A DNA stretch of 64,000 nt, from positions 35,032,001 through 35,096,000 of the forward strand of contig NC_087245.1 of NCBI RefSeq assembly GCF_037042905.1, given 5' to 3'. The DNA comes from Lytechinus pictus (lineage: Eukaryota). Positions 63,560-64,000 of the stretch are shown one piece after another; the stretch's first letter is position 1; each line of letters opens with the position of its first letter. Under the pieces are notes generated by a model. The model was given only the letters and a program-made list of their open reading frames with translations. It had not been told where the DNA came from and did no database searches. The position numbers and the translations under genes are program-made.

Positions 63560-63897
63560 ATTACATTCCCACGTTCAGGGGCCTTGGCCAACTTTCGGAA
63601 ATAGCCCAGGGTTTCAACAACCCCTGGAGTTACAGTACCAGACTTCTGTAAAAAATAATTTGATTGGTAGCATTTTTCCCAGTCAAGAATTTTTACCCAT
63701 TTTTTGGTAAGCTTTCGCCTGTGAGGCTGCAAGCTTCGTCAGACCTTTGTTGTAGCTTGCATTTTTGCTGGAGCAACACTGACAAGGCATTAGTCAGTAC
63801 CAGAATAAATTTTAGTGTGAAAAGCAAAAAACAAACGAAAAATAAAGGGAAAAAAATAGTAAGGGACCATCAAAAGTCCTCTAGTATTAGGGGTTAA

Positions 63898-64000
63898 AGG
63901 TAAATGCTAGTTTTGGTAACGATATCAAAATGAGTTTGTACATAATCCAATGAAATGACCACCAAAGTGTCTGTTTGTATAAATAAAACGCATGTGCCAA
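63898..64000 (+). mobile_element. Left end of a Kolobok-type element running off the window
   Basis: TTAA|AGGTAAATGCTAGTT; similar to the fragment starting at ~50284. Confidence 0.55.

Larger units (their letters stand above)
60685..63778 (-). pseudogene. Decayed multi-exon gene of unknown family, interrupted by MITEs
   Basis: Phase-compatible exons 63778-63697, 63645-62690 and 62642-~62520, with 51- and 47-nt GT-AG introns. The frame is restored when the 63019-63559 MITE is removed; scattered stops and at least one frameshift remain. Confidence 0.45.

Overview
Eukaryotic (metazoan) genomic DNA. The repeat repertoire and gene structure suggest an invertebrate deuterostome such as a sea urchin; this is inference only. 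Bases 1-7184 hold most of a minus-strand Ty3/Gypsy LTR retrotransposon: gag, a -1 frameshift signal, and PR-RT-RNaseH-IN with one disabling frameshift in RT. It has an unusual 903-bp 5' LTR with an internal 210-bp duplication bounded by splice-site-like sequences, and it abuts a (GTA)n microsatellite. The main host gene is Splicing Factor 1 (SF1/BBP) on the + strand. I assembled 14 GT-AG coding exons by hand from 13902 to 49680; the phases are consistent (2538 nt, 845 aa). The protein has a ULM, RSPSP, KH-QUA2, two zinc knuckles and a Pro-rich tail. SF1 intron 6 contains a 10.25-kb TTAA-flanked Kolobok-type element with nested MITEs and possible decayed coding cargo. Intron 5 contains a SINE whose tRNA-like head has expanded into a 26-bp minisatellite. 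The rest is dense with non-autonomous DNA transposons (Kolobok-, hAT-, Tc1/mariner-, Academ- and Helentron-like), an RTE-type LINE fragment, a 530-bp near-perfect foldback element, and a decayed minus-strand multi-exon gene with ~50-nt introns near the right end. No prokaryotic features or CRISPR arrays were found. All family assignments come from motif recognition, not from database searches.
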